Of a stretch of DNA of 41,041 bases, positions 38,817 through 41,041 are shown piece after piece. The notes beneath the pieces were generated by a model that was not told the DNA's origin, ran no database searches, and was given only the letters and a program-made list of their open reading frames with translations. The stretch's first letter is position 1. Every line of letters begins with the position of its first letter. Position numbers and translations under genes: made by a program. This DNA comes from Oligoflexales bacterium (GTDB lineage: Bacteria > Bdellovibrionota_B > Oligoflexia > Oligoflexales > Bog-1112). The stretch lies in contig JBGCDR010000140.1 of the NCBI GenBank assembly GCA_045105515.1, forward strand, positions 1 to 41,041, written 5' to 3'.

Positions 38817-40391
38817 ATGCAAAGCTATTTGCTAATAAAACGTGGACCGAATACTGGGACTAAATTTGATTTAGTGAGTTTTCCCATCACTATTGGCAGA
38901 GATTCAGCAAATACCATCACTTTGAATGATTCCGACGTCTCAAGATTTCATATCAGAATAAAAAAGCGAGGCCGTCTTATCATTTTGGAAGATCTGGAAT
39001 CTAGAAATGGCTGTTATATCAATGGTGATAGAGTTGTCAATTCAATCGTTCAAAGCGGAGATAGCATCATAATTGGTGACACAGAGTTAATGTTGGTAAC
39101 TCCTACCGACAATGTGGATTTTGCCTCTGAGGTCCTTAAGTTCAATATGGTAATCGATCAAGAACATGGAATCGATGGCCCAATAAATGTTACAGAAAAA
39201 AATGATTCCACCTATTTAACACCTTTGAAGCTCAATAATTCTAGCATCATCAATAAGCTTGCCGATAATGTACGGAGTATAAAAAAAATATATGACCTGC
39301 AAGGTAACATTATGGTTACAGATAATTTAGATCAGGCATGTCATGCAATACTAAAAGGCCTATGCCAACTATCACCTCATATATCTCGTTGTGCAGCCTT
39401 CGTATGGTCTGCCCCCCAGCACCAACTTATTCCAGTCGCTACCAAACAGAATCGTAATAATGATTCGACTTTTCGCATTAACAAAAGAGCATTGAGCCAA
39501 ACGCTTGGATTAAAGCAAGGAATTACCATAAAGGATGAAGATTCAATTGCTGACTCGCGTTTTCGAGTAATTCTGCCTATGATTCATAATAATGAAGTTG
39601 TTTGCCTATTTCACATAGAGTCAGAAAAATCACAAAGATCTTTCCCTATTAGACAATTAGAAAGTATTCAAACACTATTGAGCCGCTGCGCCCCAAGCTT
39701 TGAAGCTATGTTATTACGCATGGAGATTGATGCCCTGATGCTAGGAATGGTTGAAACTGTTGTTGCTACCATTGAAGCAAAAGACACATACACTGTGGGG
39801 CACTCCGAGAGAGTGTGTAAGTTTTCTATGGCAATTGCTGACGAATTGAGGCTCAATAAAGATGTAAAAAAAATGCTGATGATAAGCTCCCTCTGTCATG
39901 ATATTGGTAAAATAGGAATACCGGATGCTATTCTGAAAAAAGCATCTATATTGAGCCGCGAAGAATACGAAGAAATGAAACTCCATCCTACCATAGGCGC
40001 AAATATTATATCTCGAATGCCTAATGCTAAAAAATTTATTTCAGGTGTAAAATACCATCACGAAAAGTGGGATGGTACTGGATACCCTGAAGGTCTATCT
40101 GGAGAAAATATCCCATTTTTTGGTCGTATTGTAGCAGTCGCCGATGTCTTTGATGCTATGGTCTCTGGTCGTTCATACTCTGGGTTTATCGATGAATCAG
40201 ATGCTGTTGAAAAAATACAAAAGGAATCGGATCTCTTTGATCCTGAAATTATAAAAGCACTAGTCAGAGCATGGGATAACGGTGCTATTACTCAAAGGAC
40301 TTCCACTCTCAGTGAAGATAGATCCGATGACCTAGACAGCGATGAGAGTCGACCAAAAGCAAGTCCCAATGATAAAAAGCCGAAGAGTTAA
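38817..40391 (+). CDS. FHA-GAF-HD-GYP cyclic dinucleotide phosphodiesterase
   Basis: FHA IGRD...VSRFH...SRNG. HD-GYP motifs EAKDTYTVGHSERV, HDIGK, HHEKWDGTGYP, VADVFDAM. Confidence 0.92.
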   Translation: MQSYLLIKRGPNTGTKFDLVSFPITIGRDSANTITLNDSDVSRFHIRIKKRGRLIILEDLESRNGCYINGDRVVNSIVQSGDSIIIGDTELMLVTPTDNVDFASEVLKFNMVIDQEHGIDGPINVTEKNDSTYLTPLKLNNSSIINKLADNVRSIKKIYDLQGNIMVTDNLDQACHAILKGLCQLSPHISRCAAFVWSAPQHQLIPVATKQNRNNDSTFRINKRALSQTLGLKQGITIKDEDSIADSRFRVILPMIHNNEVVCLFHIESEKSQRSFPIRQLESIQTLLSRCAPSFEAMLLRMEIDALMLGMVETVVATIEAKDTYTVGHSERVCKFSMAIADELRLNKDVKKMLMISSLCHDIGKIGIPDAILKKASILSREEYEEMKLHPTIGANIISRMPNAKKFISGVKYHHEKWDGTGYPEGLSGENIPFFGRIVAVADVFDAMVSGRSYSGFIDESDAVEKIQKESDLFDPEIIKALVRAWDNGAITQRTSTLSEDRSDDLDSDESRPKASPNDKKPKS

Positions 40392-40906
40392 CTAATCCCA
40401 ATATTTTTTATCAATTGATTTAACATCTTCAGATGCAAAAGGATTTTCGATATTGAACGTCGTCCTAGAAGCGAGTTTTAGCTTCTTAATATCTATATGT
40501 TCAGGATGAGAATTAAAGAGAGCCATATATGACCCATCTTCATAGGCCCTTTCAAAGCCTTTTGAAATAATCTTTTCTAATGCGCCATTCTTCTTATTAA
40601 GATAGAAAAAAAAGTCATAGAATAGAACATTTAATAATATTGCTTCCTCAACAGCCAAATTTTGAAATTTATTTTTAAATTTTGAAACAAAAAACTGAGA
40701 CTCATTGGCACCAAGAGGAATATAGGCTAGTCGACCAGCACTAACCATTTGAAATAGCGCTTCAAACCTATTAACTGTAGTTACAGGAATTTTATTGTGC
40801 TGTAGGATGGTCGTAATCGGCCATCCTATTCCCAGGCCAGCCATATGTTTTTTTAATTCCTCCAATGATTTCAATTTAGAATATTCTTTTTGCATCTTCC
40901 TATTTA
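40392..40906 (-). pseudogene. C-terminal remnant of a type 2 periplasmic substrate-binding protein, N-terminus removed by an IS insertion
   Basis: KSLEELK...GLGIGWP...ILQHN...LFQMVSAGR...GFERAYEDGSY. No signal peptide, and the frame runs into the IS-like end at 40907. Confidence 0.7.
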
Positions 40907-41041
40907 GTGCCTGATTGGAAACACACCGCCGCTTTTGTGTGTAAGGCTTAGAGCACTATAATCTTTAGCGAATTTCCCCAGTTTCTCTAAAAATGATATA
41001 ATTGTCGGAAAATCAAAAGATCTTGGGGGTGCCCATGCGCG
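40907..41041 (+). mobile_element. IS-like left end with promoter, RBS and probable transposase start, cut off by the window edge
   Basis: TA|GTGCCTGATTGGAAAC, extended -10 TGaTATAAT (40994-41002), GGGGGT SD (41025-41030), ATG at 41035. Confidence 0.62.

Noticed and set aside
1..41041. Composite transposon bounded by the two IS-like ends
   Set aside because: The ends are only 13/16 identical, interrupt different genes and enclose essential housekeeping genes. Independent insertions are the simpler explanation.

Overview
A mostly housekeeping, AT-rich chromosomal segment. A VWA lipoprotein, an FHA-GAF-HD-GYP protein, a bactofilin and a CglF-like protein suggest Bdellovibrionota/Oligoflexia or a related 'deltaproteobacterial' lineage (inference). 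Core genes: gpmI, mazG, rpsR-rpmB-rpsT, priA, clpP, an MsbA-like ABC exporter, an ECF sigma/NrsF pair, DUF1338, sucB-lpdA-sucA, mnmH, a CoA Nudix, rplM-rpsI, asnS, two GT4s, GDPD, lysophospholipase, fadI-fadJ and PAP2. Both ends run ~135 bp into related IS-like termini that each truncate a gene, so the window is probably a whole contig broken at IS copies. Best leads: (1) a 36-aa basic ORF, missing from the ORF track, with a strong SD inside the ribosomal protein operon (candidate new or divergent bTHX-like ribosomal protein); (2) an SD-sequestering, S6:S18-like leader directly upstream of rpsR; (3) a catalytically dead M1 peptidase/beta-barrel fusion abutting fadJ in a phospholipid-catabolism cluster; (4) a PriA that has lost exactly one Zn site; (5) a Cys-pair repeat lipoprotein frameshifted at a homopolymer; (6) degenerate REP-like repeats. 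No rRNA, tRNA or CRISPR array was seen.
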